Below are positions 18,043 to 26,716 of a DNA stretch of 64,000 nt, piece by piece (the stretch's first letter is position 1; the number at the start of each line of letters is the position of its first letter). Made by a program: the position numbers and the translations under genes. Location of the stretch: assembly GCA_041662565.1 (NCBI GenBank), contig JBAZSE010000001.1:193084-257083 (forward strand), given 5' to 3'. The notes below the pieces were generated by a model. The model ran no database searches. It was not told the DNA's origin and saw only the letters and a list, made by a program, of their open reading frames with translations. This stretch comes from Patescibacteria group bacterium. GTDB lineage: Bacteria > Patescibacteriota > Patescibacteriia > UBA1558 > UBA10009.

Positions 18043-18651
18043 TTAATCAATGGGTAAATCAATCGGAGTTTTATCTTCCGTTTTATTTTTAACAAGCGGC
18101 TGATAAATTTCGTAATTGTTATTTTGATCTGGAGTTGCGCCAAAGGGATTAAGCAAAGCATCGGGCCCCTTATCATGTTCATGATTTACAGGCAGAGGTG
18201 TTTCGGCAAAAGCCGGACGAATATATGTTGGTGTGGCTGCTTTAATTGTTGGTTCCGTAACTGGTTTTTTATTGTCGGCCATAATTTCATCCATTCTTCT
18301 TTGGGCTTTAATTCTTTTGGTTTTGGCCTCCTCTCCGATTTTTAATTTGTCTTTTTCTTGGGCTTGGTTTTTAACAAAACTATTAACCTTGCCCAAAACA
18401 TTTTTTGGAGTATGCTTAAAAATTCCGGCCTTGCCCCAAGCTTTAACAGCGGCTACGGCTTCTTTTTTTGAAAGTGCTTTAGGATCATAGCCGCCCTTTA
18501 ATCCTTTGGCGATTTTTTTTGCCCTAACAGAATCAAAGCCGGCATCAATCAGGGCTTTTTCATTCAAGGCCTTAAGCTTTAATGATTTGGGGGTTAGGCC
18601 TAAAGCCAAGTTACCCATTTTTTTCATTAATGGATTGTAGGCAATTTTCAT
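18043..18651 (-). CDS. Hypothetical Lys/Ala-rich protein
   Basis: 202 aa, no TM helix; KAxGKxG repeats. Confidence 0.35.
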   Translation of the reverse strand: MKIAYNPLMKKMGNLALGLTPKSLKLKALNEKALIDAGFDSVRAKKIAKGLKGGYDPKALSKKEAVAAVKAWGKAGIFKHTPKNVLGKVNSFVKNQAQEKDKLKIGEEAKTKRIKAQRRMDEIMADNKKPVTEPTIKAATPTYIRPAFAETPLPVNHEHDKGPDALLNPFGATPDQNNNYEIYQPLVKNKTEDKTPIDLPID

Positions 18652-18971
18652 ACTTGTATTTTATCATATGCCGGCGTATTTGCCCATTTTTAACCAAAGA
18701 GCTATACTTAAAGTGCCCTATTTGATGAAGGCAGATTGGAACTTTACAAAAACATGACTTGGGAGTTTTATATTAGGCCTGGCCGTGGCTAGTCCTTGCA
18801 AACACCCTGCAGCCGTAACTGTCTTTCCACCGGTTATTGAGGTTCACTTTAATGACTTGCGGATGATAAGTGGCTCGCTTGGTATTATCGTAACTTCCAA
18901 TCATGCTCTTTTACAGATAGGGCTTTTAGTTTTGCCTTATTTTGTAACAAAAGCCCGGCTTTTCCGTCTTA

Positions 18972-19003
18972 TTAAGTATAGGCCCGATGCTTGAAGGGCC
19001 TGT
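18972..19003 (+). terminator. Hairpin AGGCCC-N10-GGGCCT plus T7 immediately before the ABC transporter start
   Basis: Read directly; indicates the ABC gene starts at ATG 19017 rather than 18987. Confidence 0.5.
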
Positions 19004-19016
19004 TTTTTCATCCAGT

Positions 19017-20780
19017 ATGCATAATAACTACACAAAACAGACATTTAAGATTTTTTGGCAACATGTTGTGCCTCACCGCGGCCTTGGTTTAATAATGATG
19101 GCCGGGGTGGTTTTGGCGTCGGTGGCGCATCTTATCGTGCCTCTTTTTTATAAAGATTTTTTTGATATTATCGCTACCGCTCCCAATCCCGGCGTAGTTG
19201 TTCCCAATTTGATTGCCATTTTGGTTAAAGTGTTTATTTTTTACCTCATCATGTGGGCGTTTTGGCGCGTGGCCACTTTTTCTTTAAGCTACTTTCAAAA
19301 CATGATTATGGTGGATTTGGCCAACACTTGTTTTGCCTATATCCATAAACATTCCATTTCTTTTTTTAACAACACTTTTGTCGGTTCGCTGGTTAAAAAG
19401 ATTAATCGTTTTTCGCGTTCTTTTGAAATGATTGTGGATACCATTGTTTTTGAATTTTTGCCGATTTTGGTTGATGTGGTATTTGTTACGGTTGTTTTAT
19501 ACAGCAGGAACCGTTGGTTAGGTTTAATAGTTTTGGCCTGGGTAATTGTTTACATAGTAGTTAATTATTTTTTCAGCTTGTATAAATTAAAGTTTGATTT
19601 TAAAAAAAGCGAAGCTGATTCCCGAGTTACGGGGGTGCTGGCCGATTCCATTACCAACCACCAAAACATTAAATTTTTTAACGGTTATGAACGGGAAAAA
19701 AGTTTTTTTACCAACGTTAATAATGAGTTAAAAAAGATCCGCCAGTATTGCTGGGATTTGGCCAATATTTTTGAAGCTGTTCAGGGCTTACTAATGTTTT
19801 GTTTGGAAGTGGGAATTTTTTATCTGGCCGTTAAATTGTGGCAAAAAGGTTTGGCCACCATCGGCGATTTTGTGCTCATTCAGGCCTATTTGATTACCAT
19901 CTTTAACAGGATGTGGACCTTTGGCCGGATTATCAGGCACTATTACGAGCATTTGGCCGATGCCAATGAAATGACTGAGATTTTGGAAACCTCTCATGAA
20001 ATTCAAGATATTAAAGGCGCTGCTGATCTTAAGGTAACTAAGGGCGAAATTGAATTTAAGGAAGTCAGCTTTAGTTATCATCAAACCAGGCGGGTAATTA
20101 CCGACTTTAATTTGGCTATTAAATCCAAAGAAAGGGTGGCTTTAATCGGTCCATCCGGCGGAGGCAAATCAACTTTGGTTAATTTGCTACTCAGGAATTA
20201 CGATTTGGAAAAAGGCAAGATTTTAATTGATAATCAAAAAATCTCCGCTATAACTCAAGCAAGTTTGTGGCAAAACATTAGCGTTGTTTCGCAGGATCCG
20301 ATTTTATTTCACCGGACAATTTTGGAAAATATCCGCTATGGCCGGCCAAATTCCAGCGAAGCAGAGGTGATTAAGGCGGCCAAACTGGCTAACGCCCATG
20401 ATTTTATTTCAAATTTTTCCGCAAATTACCAAACCATGACGGGCGAGCGCGGTGTTAAACTTTCGGGGGGAGAAAGGCAACGCGTGGCTATTGCTAGGGC
20501 GATATTAAAAAACGCGCCGATTTTAATTTTGGATGAAGCAACTAGCAGTTTGGATAGCGAATCCGAACGGCTGATTCAAGAGGCCTTGCAAACTTTGATG
20601 AAAAATAAAACGGTTATTGTTATTGCCCACCGGCTATCCACCATTATGAAAATGGATAGAATTATTGTTTTAAAGGATGGCCAATTGTTTGAACAAGGCA
20701 CACATCAAACCTTGATAAACAAAAAAACCGGCCTTTACAAAATGCTGTGGGAACGGCAAGTGGGTGGATTCATTCAATAA
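19017..20780 (+). CDS. ABC exporter, fused permease and ATPase (MsbA/multidrug-like)
   Basis: Six-TM N-terminal half; Walker A GPSGGGKST, signature LSGGERQRVAIARA, Walker B ILILDEATS. Confidence 0.85.
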   Translation: MHNNYTKQTFKIFWQHVVPHRGLGLIMMAGVVLASVAHLIVPLFYKDFFDIIATAPNPGVVVPNLIAILVKVFIFYLIMWAFWRVATFSLSYFQNMIMVDLANTCFAYIHKHSISFFNNTFVGSLVKKINRFSRSFEMIVDTIVFEFLPILVDVVFVTVVLYSRNRWLGLIVLAWVIVYIVVNYFFSLYKLKFDFKKSEADSRVTGVLADSITNHQNIKFFNGYEREKSFFTNVNNELKKIRQYCWDLANIFEAVQGLLMFCLEVGIFYLAVKLWQKGLATIGDFVLIQAYLITIFNRMWTFGRIIRHYYEHLADANEMTEILETSHEIQDIKGAADLKVTKGEIEFKEVSFSYHQTRRVITDFNLAIKSKERVALIGPSGGGKSTLVNLLLRNYDLEKGKILIDNQKISAITQASLWQNISVVSQDPILFHRTILENIRYGRPNSSEAEVIKAAKLANAHDFISNFSANYQTMTGERGVKLSGGERQRVAIARAILKNAPILILDEATSSLDSESERLIQEALQTLMKNKTVIVIAHRLSTIMKMDRIIVLKDGQLFEQGTHQTLINKKTGLYKMLWERQVGGFIQ

Positions 20781-20826
20781 AAATAGGCCTTGCCTTTACT
20801 GGTCAAGGCCTATTTTATTTTTTCGC
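20781..20826. terminator. Bidirectional terminator between convergent genes
   Basis: AGGCCTTG-N10-CAAGGCCT flanked by A and T runs. Confidence 0.7.
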
Positions 20827-21284
20827 GTATTCACAAAATAAACCAGCCAAGCCCAAATTAAAGCAACTAAAAAAATAGTTGAACCGATAAAACAAGGGGT
20901 TGTAAAAGGATTGGTGGTAATTTGGCCGGAACAACCAATTGTTGGCTGGCCGTTATTTTTTAAAAATTTAAATAGAACAAAGCTAAAGTTGCTCCAGGCA
21001 AAAATTGTGCCGGCAATTAAAAAAATGCCCAAATGTTTTAATGATTTAAGCTTAGTTAAAATTTCCTTTTTATTTAGGTTGAGCGACCAAATTAAAGCGA
21101 TTAAAAAAGCCCAAGATCCCCAAAAACAAGGGGTGGTAACGGGGTTGGGAATCTGGCAATCTTGGATTTTAAAAAACGTCCATTCTATGGCGTAAAATTT
21201 GTTAAAATCCTGGGCTACCGTGTAAAAAGCAAAAACCGTTCCACCAAATAAAATAAGATTTAAAATATAGTAAAGTTTTTTCAT
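20796..21284 (-). CDS. Four-TM membrane protein with an internal duplication (NPVTTPCFWGSWAFL / NPFTTPCFIGSTIFL)
   Basis: Two homologous halves each with NPxTTPCF before a TM helix; no family recognised. Confidence 0.4.
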   Translation of the reverse strand: MKKLYYILNLILFGGTVFAFYTVAQDFNKFYAIEWTFFKIQDCQIPNPVTTPCFWGSWAFLIALIWSLNLNKKEILTKLKSLKHLGIFLIAGTIFAWSNFSFVLFKFLKNNGQPTIGCSGQITTNPFTTPCFIGSTIFLVALIWAWLVYFVNTRKNKIGLDQ

Positions 21285-21299
21285 GAGTTTAATGTATTT

Positions 21300-21407
21300 G
21301 GCCTCTCGACCTTGCTCGAGGCCATTCGACTCATTTTTATGGTTGAAGCTACGACTTTATGTCGTAGCGAAAACCATGAGCGACTCCGCTTCGGCGGAGG
21401 AGTCGAA
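21300..21407 (-). other. Highly structured roughly 110-nt leader 5' of the membrane-protein gene (nested hairpins, UUCG loop)
   Basis: 10-bp long-range pairing cattcgactc/gagtcgaatg enclosing hairpins ctacgac/gtcgtag, atggtt/aaccat and ctccgc-ttcg-gcggag; plus ggcctc..gaggcc. Confidence 0.4.
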
Positions 21408-21440
21408 TGGTCGGGGTGACCCGATTTGAACGGGCGACCT
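21408..21440 (-). ncRNA. tRNA 3'-half-like fragment (T-arm GCCCG-TTCAAAT-CGGGT, acceptor CACCCCG, A, CCA) with no matching 5' half adjacent
   Basis: The reverse complement of 21408-21479 lacks a D-arm and anticodon arm; its acceptor strand is complementary to the CGGGGTG at 21654-21660. Confidence 0.45.
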
Positions 21441-21490
21441 TCCGCCTTCGCGTTCCGCTACGGCGGACAGGCATGCACCTAAAAATAAAT

Positions 21491-21567
21491 TGGTCGGGGT
21501 AGCGGGATTTGAACCCACGACCTCACGCACCCCATGCGTGCGCGCTAGCCAACTGCGCTATACCCCG
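21491..21567 (-). tRNA. tRNA-Pro (anticodon GGG) with encoded CCA
   Basis: Manual cloverleaf: CGGGGTA-TA-GCGC-AGTTGGCTA-GCGC-G-CACGC-ATGGGGT-GCGTG-AGGTC-GTGGG-TTCAAAT-CCCGC-TACCCCG-A-CCA. Confidence 0.8.
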
Positions 21568-21622
21568 TTGTGAATATTAAATTTAAGCACCTTTACCCGC
21601 CATAGCCGAAGGCGTCGGCGGG

Positions 21623-21660
21623 CCATGCGTGCGCGGCACAGCCAACTGCGCCACACCCCG
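21623..21660 (-). ncRNA. tRNA 5'-half-like fragment (acceptor strand CGGGGTG, D-arm, anticodon stem, ATGG) homologous to tRNA-Pro, then diverging into a GC hairpin
   Basis: CGGGGTGTGGCGCAGTTGGCTGTGCCGCGCACGCATGG followed by CCCGCC..GGCGGG; no T-arm or 3' acceptor follows. Confidence 0.45.
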
Positions 21661-21669
21661 ATTACTGGC

Positions 21670-21697
21670 ATTATAGTTGAAAATTTATATTTTACAA
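21670..21697 (-). promoter_or_regulatory. Minus-strand promoter TTGTAA-N16-TATAAT with predicted start at the 5' tRNA-like fragment
   Basis: Reverse complement of + 21670-21697; predicted TSS near 21663. Confidence 0.45.
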
Positions 21698-21757
21698 GCC
21701 CTAGCTGGCTAATGCGATTTTTTCCATTTTGATATATACTTATAATAGATTAAACTT

Positions 21758-22516
21758 ATGCCCAAAAAATATTGGATTATTATTTGCTTTGTTTTGGCCG
21801 TTGGTATTTATTTAAACCGGTCTTATGCTTATATTTATCAAAGAATAGATAAAGCCGGCTTAAATCCGCCTGTTCAAAATCAGCTTTATTCATTTGGCTA
21901 CACCAATGATGTTCCAAGTTACGAAGATTACGCGCTCTATGTGGCTTTAGGCGATAGCTTAACCGCCGGAGTTGGGGTTGATCAATATGAACAATCTTTT
22001 CCTTATCTGCTAGCAAAAAAAATAGCCGATGCCAAACAACCAAAAGTAATAACCTTAAAAACCTTGGCTGTGCCCGGAGCCAAAACCGCGGATGTTTTAA
22101 CTCTTCTTCCCACGGTTATTGCCAACAAACCACAGGCAGTAATTTTATTGATAGGCGTTAACGATATTCATGGTAACGTTTCTAAAGATGATTTTAAAAA
22201 AAATTATGAACAAATTGTAAGCGAGTTAACTAAAAAAACGTCAGCTAAAGTTTATTTAATCAATCTGCCGGCTATTGGCGCTAATAATTTATTGTTATTG
22301 CCCTATAATTATTACTTCAGGGCATTAACTAAAAATTTTAATAAAGTTATTAAAGAGTTGGCCGAGCAATACAATCTTACTTATATTGATTTGCATACGC
22401 CCACGGCCGATGTTTTAAAACATAACGGCAATTATTATTCAGTTGATTTTTTTCACCCCTCGGCTATTGGTTATCAGCATTGGGCCGAAATAATTTATGC
22501 AGATTTACATAAATAA
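21758..22516 (+). CDS. SGNH/GDSL-family hydrolase
   Basis: ALGDSLTAGVG block I Ser, GVNDI block III, DFFHPS catalytic Asp/His; signal-anchor N-terminus. Confidence 0.75.
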   Translation: MPKKYWIIICFVLAVGIYLNRSYAYIYQRIDKAGLNPPVQNQLYSFGYTNDVPSYEDYALYVALGDSLTAGVGVDQYEQSFPYLLAKKIADAKQPKVITLKTLAVPGAKTADVLTLLPTVIANKPQAVILLIGVNDIHGNVSKDDFKKNYEQIVSELTKKTSAKVYLINLPAIGANNLLLLPYNYYFRALTKNFNKVIKELAEQYNLTYIDLHTPTADVLKHNGNYYSVDFFHPSAIGYQHWAEIIYADLHK

Positions 22517-23603
22517 TCCCACTTCAGCAACTTGGATTTTTGGTCTGATTTTAATAATCGGTTTGATCGTATCCTCTCGTTGGAAAAAAAATCAAGATCT
22601 GTTTCCGGTTTCATTAACCCAGGAATTAAAAGGCCTGGCTATTTTAGCGGTTATTTTTTCACATATCGGCTATATTTTGGCTACTGATAATCGTTTTTTG
22701 TTTCCTTTATCGATTTTTGCCGGCATTGGGGTAAATTTATTTTTGTTTTTATCCGGCTATGGCCTGACTGCCAGCGCTTTAAAAAAAAATTCCTCAATAA
22801 TTAAATTTTATAAATCAGGATTGATTAAATTATTTACGCCGCTTTGGGCCAGCTTGATTTTATTTTTTTTGTTGGATTTTTTTATTCTTAAATTAAATTA
22901 CAGTTGGCAAACTATTTGGCAATCGTTTGTAGGATTTTTTCCAAACGCCGATGTTAACAGCCAATTAAATTCTCCTCTCTGGTATTTTACATTGATTCTT
23001 TTTTACTACTTAATTTTTCCCATTGTATGGTTTAAAAAGTATCCTTGGGTTTCCGCCCTTATTTTATATGGCTTGGGTTATTGGTTTATCCGGTTTAATC
23101 CCTTTTGGCTGGTGAATGTTAAACATTTATATGAAGTTCATGTTGTTGCTTTTCCTTTGGGAGTGGCAGTGGCCTGGTTATTTTCTTGGCCGGTTTTTTT
23201 GGCAAAATTAAACTTATTAAAAATCGATAAAATTTGGCTTAAAAAAATCGGGCATTATATTTTATTGGCAACATTAATCATTATTATTTGTTATACCGCT
23301 TATTATTCGGGTGTGGGCAAGGGGCCCGTTTTAGAACAAAGGTTAAGTTTAATTACCATGTCGGCAATCGTGCTGCTTTTTTTGGTTAAAAAAATCGAAT
23401 TTAAATTGCTGTATTGGCTGGGTTTTTATTCTTTCGAAATATATTTATTACATTGGCCTATTTTATTCCGTTATGATTTTTTATATCGCTATTTGCCCAC
23501 CTACCCTTGGCTGGCAACCGCTTTTTATGTAATTGTTTTTTTGTTTTTAGGCATAGGTTTAAGAAAACTTTCCAATGTTGTAAGTAAAAAAATTAATTGC
23601 TAA
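22497..23603 (+). CDS. Acyltransferase-3 family membrane O-acyltransferase (OatA-like AT3 domain)
   Basis: Polytopic; LKGLAILAVIFSHIGY region; overlaps the SGNH gene by 20 nt. Confidence 0.6.
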   Translation: MQIYINNPTSATWIFGLILIIGLIVSSRWKKNQDLFPVSLTQELKGLAILAVIFSHIGYILATDNRFLFPLSIFAGIGVNLFLFLSGYGLTASALKKNSSIIKFYKSGLIKLFTPLWASLILFFLLDFFILKLNYSWQTIWQSFVGFFPNADVNSQLNSPLWYFTLILFYYLIFPIVWFKKYPWVSALILYGLGYWFIRFNPFWLVNVKHLYEVHVVAFPLGVAVAWLFSWPVFLAKLNLLKIDKIWLKKIGHYILLATLIIIICYTAYYSGVGKGPVLEQRLSLITMSAIVLLFLVKKIEFKLLYWLGFYSFEIYLLHWPILFRYDFLYRYLPTYPWLATAFYVIVFLFLGIGLRKLSNVVSKKINC

Positions 23604-23631
23604 GTCGGTTTTATTCAGTTATAATATCTTC

Positions 23632-24267
23632 ATGATTTTAAATTTATTGTTTCAAGATCCGTTAATGTTTGTGGCCTGGCTCATGGCTATTGTTTACGGC
23701 ATTACGGTTCATGAATTTTCGCATGCTTGGGCGGCAACCTGGCAAGGGGATGATACGGCTCGTTTATCCGGCCGGTTAACTTTAAATCCTTTGGCTCATT
23801 TGGATATGGTGGGCATGCTAATGCTGGTGTTGGCTGGTTTTGGCTGGGGCAAACCGGTGCCGGTTAATCCTTATAATTTAAAGCGCGGCAAACTAAGCGA
23901 TAATTTGGTTTCTTTGGCAGGCATTATTGTTAACTTGGTTAGCGTTTTTATTTTTGGTTTTTTATTGAAGTTTTTTCTAACTCAAACCAATTTGGGAGGA
24001 GATAATCTACTGATCAATTTTTTATACATGTTGGTGATGGTTAATTTGATTTTGGCGGTTTTTAACCTTATTCCTATTCCGCCGCTTGATGGCTCACATA
24101 TATTAATGAATGTTTTACCGGAAAGGTTTGATAATTTTAAAGCCAGATTAACCGCCCAAGGCCCCTTTGTTTTATTGATTTTTATCTTAGCCGATAATTT
24201 TTTAAACTTGGGTATTTTTTCTTCTTTATTCCAGTTTTTCTTTAATTTGGTAGGCAGATTGTTTTAA
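23632..24267 (+). CDS. Site-2 protease family (M50-like) membrane metalloprotease
   Basis: HEFSHAWAA HExxH in a TM helix; LNPLAHLD; 211 aa. Confidence 0.7.
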   Translation: MILNLLFQDPLMFVAWLMAIVYGITVHEFSHAWAATWQGDDTARLSGRLTLNPLAHLDMVGMLMLVLAGFGWGKPVPVNPYNLKRGKLSDNLVSLAGIIVNLVSVFIFGFLLKFFLTQTNLGGDNLLINFLYMLVMVNLILAVFNLIPIPPLDGSHILMNVLPERFDNFKARLTAQGPFVLLIFILADNFLNLGIFSSLFQFFFNLVGRLF

Positions 24268-24327
24268 GTGTTGACTTTTAATTAGGGGGGGGTAATATTA
24301 ATTTATCAAAGGGTTAATAATAAAAAT

Positions 24328-25548
24328 ATGGAAACTATATATATTATATTAGGCGCACTCCTTATTTTTGTTTGGGTTATACAAATAGATAAAATGAGTT
24401 CCGAGGTAATCCCTGAACAACATCCAAGAAGGTTTTTGTTTTATTCAATTACTTTGGCTACTGTTTTTTTCTTTTTTGTTGTACCATTTTTTACTACTTT
24501 TCCTTTCATAGGGCCGCTTGTTCCTACAATTTTGAGTTTTCGATTTTTTGAAGTTTGGATGGAAAAACATTCAATCTTTTCAATTTTAGGCGTTTTTGTT
24601 TTTATTTTTATTGGCGGATATGAACTTAGCTGGTATTTATCTAAAAATTACAATATCAAAAAAATGCTTTTTGGCTGGTTGCCATTGTTAATGGTTATTT
24701 TGGTAACGCCTCTTTGGCTTTATTATCAGTATGACCGTTTAGCTGACCTCGGCATTTATCAATATAGACAAACGGAGCATAGCATCTCTTCGGCTTTAAG
24801 AGAAAAAAAAGCTGAAAAAATAAAAGAAGAACTTATTCAAAAGGCTATTCAGCAAAAAAATTTAAATATTTGTAAAACAGATGCCATTGATCCAAACAGG
24901 CAAGATCAATGCTATGTTGAAGTAGTTAAGCATTTAACCAATCCTAGCCCCGATTTATGTAACGCCATAAGTGAAGATAGTTACAACGGGACGGATAAAG
25001 ATGGATCTCTAATTTATCTTAGAAAAACATGCTACTATAATGTAGCTATTGCTACTGGATATATAGAGTTATGTAATAACGGCGCTCTAGCTAGTACCTC
25101 TCTTTCACAAGATGAAAAAAATCAATTTTGTTTTAATCAATTTTTGACAAATTTAGCTCTCACTACTCGGGATATCACATTATGTAATTATGCCGATCAG
25201 CCAGCTAATAGAATGTTTCGTTATGAAAAAAAACACCCATCTTGTTTGAGTGAATTTATATCAAAATATAAAAATAAAAGTTTATGTTACCAATATAGTA
25301 GTTACGAGGACTGCCTTGTCTTATACGCGGGGATCACAGGCGATATTTCTGCCTGTAAAGAATTTCCAGATGGTAATAGTGGTAATAGATTTTGGTGCTA
25401 TACAAATATTGCTATTTTTCATAGGGATAGTAATATTTGTGAACAAAATCTTGGTGGAACTGATTTGGAGGCATGTCTTTCGGGTGTTAAGGATAGAATA
25501 AGTTGCGACAATAAAGATTCGGAAGTAAATTACGATGGGTGCTATTAG
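24328..25548 (+). CDS. Hypothetical membrane protein with a large Cys-rich extracytoplasmic domain
   Basis: Four N-terminal TM helices then about 20 Cys in a 230-aa tail; AT-rich codon usage. Confidence 0.3.
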   Translation: METIYIILGALLIFVWVIQIDKMSSEVIPEQHPRRFLFYSITLATVFFFFVVPFFTTFPFIGPLVPTILSFRFFEVWMEKHSIFSILGVFVFIFIGGYELSWYLSKNYNIKKMLFGWLPLLMVILVTPLWLYYQYDRLADLGIYQYRQTEHSISSALREKKAEKIKEELIQKAIQQKNLNICKTDAIDPNRQDQCYVEVVKHLTNPSPDLCNAISEDSYNGTDKDGSLIYLRKTCYYNVAIATGYIELCNNGALASTSLSQDEKNQFCFNQFLTNLALTTRDITLCNYADQPANRMFRYEKKHPSCLSEFISKYKNKSLCYQYSSYEDCLVLYAGITGDISACKEFPDGNSGNRFWCYTNIAIFHRDSNICEQNLGGTDLEACLSGVKDRISCDNKDSEVNYDGCY

Positions 25549-25575
25549 GTAAGTTTAATATTTAAAATTTTAATT

Positions 25576-26025
25576 ATGGAGTATAAAGTAACAAAAACAA
25601 TTGAATATTTTACCGTTGTTAATTTTTGTTTGACTATATTTTTTTTAGTTCAAATGTTTAGGCGTCCATTTTCTAGTTCCGGAAGCGGTACGCTTTCTCT
25701 GTATATGAGTTATACAGTATATTATTCTTTCTTTTTAGTTATTTTTTTGATATTTTCAATCCATCTGAAAAATAAAAAGGCATTCCTTATAAATTTTATT
25801 TTTTCAGTCGCATTACTGTTGATAGTTGGATATGTAGCTCTTCCTTTAACAAAGTATTATGCCCGAAAACAATGGCAAAAAATAATGTTTAACGCTATTA
25901 AACAAGGAGATGTTGGCGCTTGTGATGGTATACAAAAGGGTTTATCGGGATTTTATATGGGCGGTAATATATCGGAATGTCAACGTCGCGTATTACATGA
26001 AAACGACTATAACACATCTGAATAA
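25576..26025 (+). CDS. Hypothetical membrane protein
   Basis: Three to four TM helices; AT-rich. Confidence 0.3.
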   Translation: MEYKVTKTIEYFTVVNFCLTIFFLVQMFRRPFSSSGSGTLSLYMSYTVYYSFFLVIFLIFSIHLKNKKAFLINFIFSVALLLIVGYVALPLTKYYARKQWQKIMFNAIKQGDVGACDGIQKGLSGFYMGGNISECQRRVLHENDYNTSE

Positions 26026-26224
26026 AACCTCATATTGACTTATTTTAATCACTCTGATATAATCGTTTTAAGTGTAAAAGTGAATATCATCAGTAGGGGA
26101 ATAATAGTACTCTATATGACTACGGCCGGTAATTGGTCAAATTTCACTTTGTGTTATCCGAAATCTTGACTAGTTACCTTTTTTATTAAATTAAGAAAGC
26201 AAATAATCAAATTATTAATTAATT

Positions 26225-26270
26225 TTCGAAATTCTGAATTCAATCGAAATTCAAAATTCGAAATTCATAA
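26225..26270 (+). repeat. Five or more copies of GAAATTC/GAATTC upstream of rpsL
   Basis: cgaaattctgaattcaatcgaaattcaaaattcgaaattcataattc. Confidence 0.5.
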
Positions 26271-26278
26271 TTCAACAT

Positions 26279-26704
26279 ATGCCTACAATTAATCAGTTGG
26301 TTAGACATTCCAGGAGCAAAAGCAAAAAAAAGTCCAAGACACCGGCTTTATTGCTTAGACAGAATACTTTAAGGAGAAACAAAAAAGAAGAAGCCAAGGG
26401 CTCGCCTTTTAAACGCGGTGTTTGCGTTAAAGTAACCACCACCACTCCTAAAAAACCAAACTCGGCTTTGCGTAAAATTGCCCGTGTCCGCCTTTCAAAC
26501 GGCATGGAAGTTACCGCTTATATTCCGGGTATTGGGCACAATTTGCAGGAACACTCTATCGTGATGATCCGCGGCGGTAGGGTAAAAGATTTACCTGGTG
26601 TTCGTTATCATATTGTTAGAGGCCGTTATGATTCCCGCGGTGTTGAAGGTAGAAAACAAGGTCGTTCATTATACGGAGCTAAGAAAGAAAAAGCTAAGAA
26701 ATAA
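26279..26704 (+). CDS. rpsL: 30S ribosomal protein S12
   Basis: MPTINQLVR...[10 protein letters not shown]. Confidence 0.95.
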   Translation: MPTINQLVRHSRSKSKKKSKTPALLLRQNTLRRNKKEEAKGSPFKRGVCVKVTTTTPKKPNSALRKIARVRLSNGMEVTAYIPGIGHNLQEHSIVMIRGGRVKDLPGVRYHIVRGRYDSRGVEGRKQGRSLYGAKKEKAKK

Positions 26705-26716
26705 TCTATATAATAT

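Noticed and set aside
18785-18994. 69-aa ORF upstream of the ABC transporter
   Set aside because: No RBS, atypical composition, and it runs through a terminator hairpin. The region is treated as noncoding or candidate ncRNA instead.
21300-21480. tmRNA (ssrA) hypothesis for the tRNA-like T-arm/ACCA fragment plus the adjacent structured region
   Set aside because: On the minus strand the structured region lies 3' of the CCA rather than 5' of it. No matching GGGG 5' acceptor partner or resume codon/ALAA-type tag frame was found within 400 nt, and the intact tRNA-Pro occupies the space where a tmRNA body would lie. A permuted two-piece arrangement also failed because the 5' acceptor strand is missing.
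21596-21660. Group I intron in a tRNA gene
   Set aside because: The intervening segment between the 5' and 3' tRNA-like pieces is only about 180 nt and consists largely of a complete tRNA-Pro. No P-Q-R-S core elements were recognisable.
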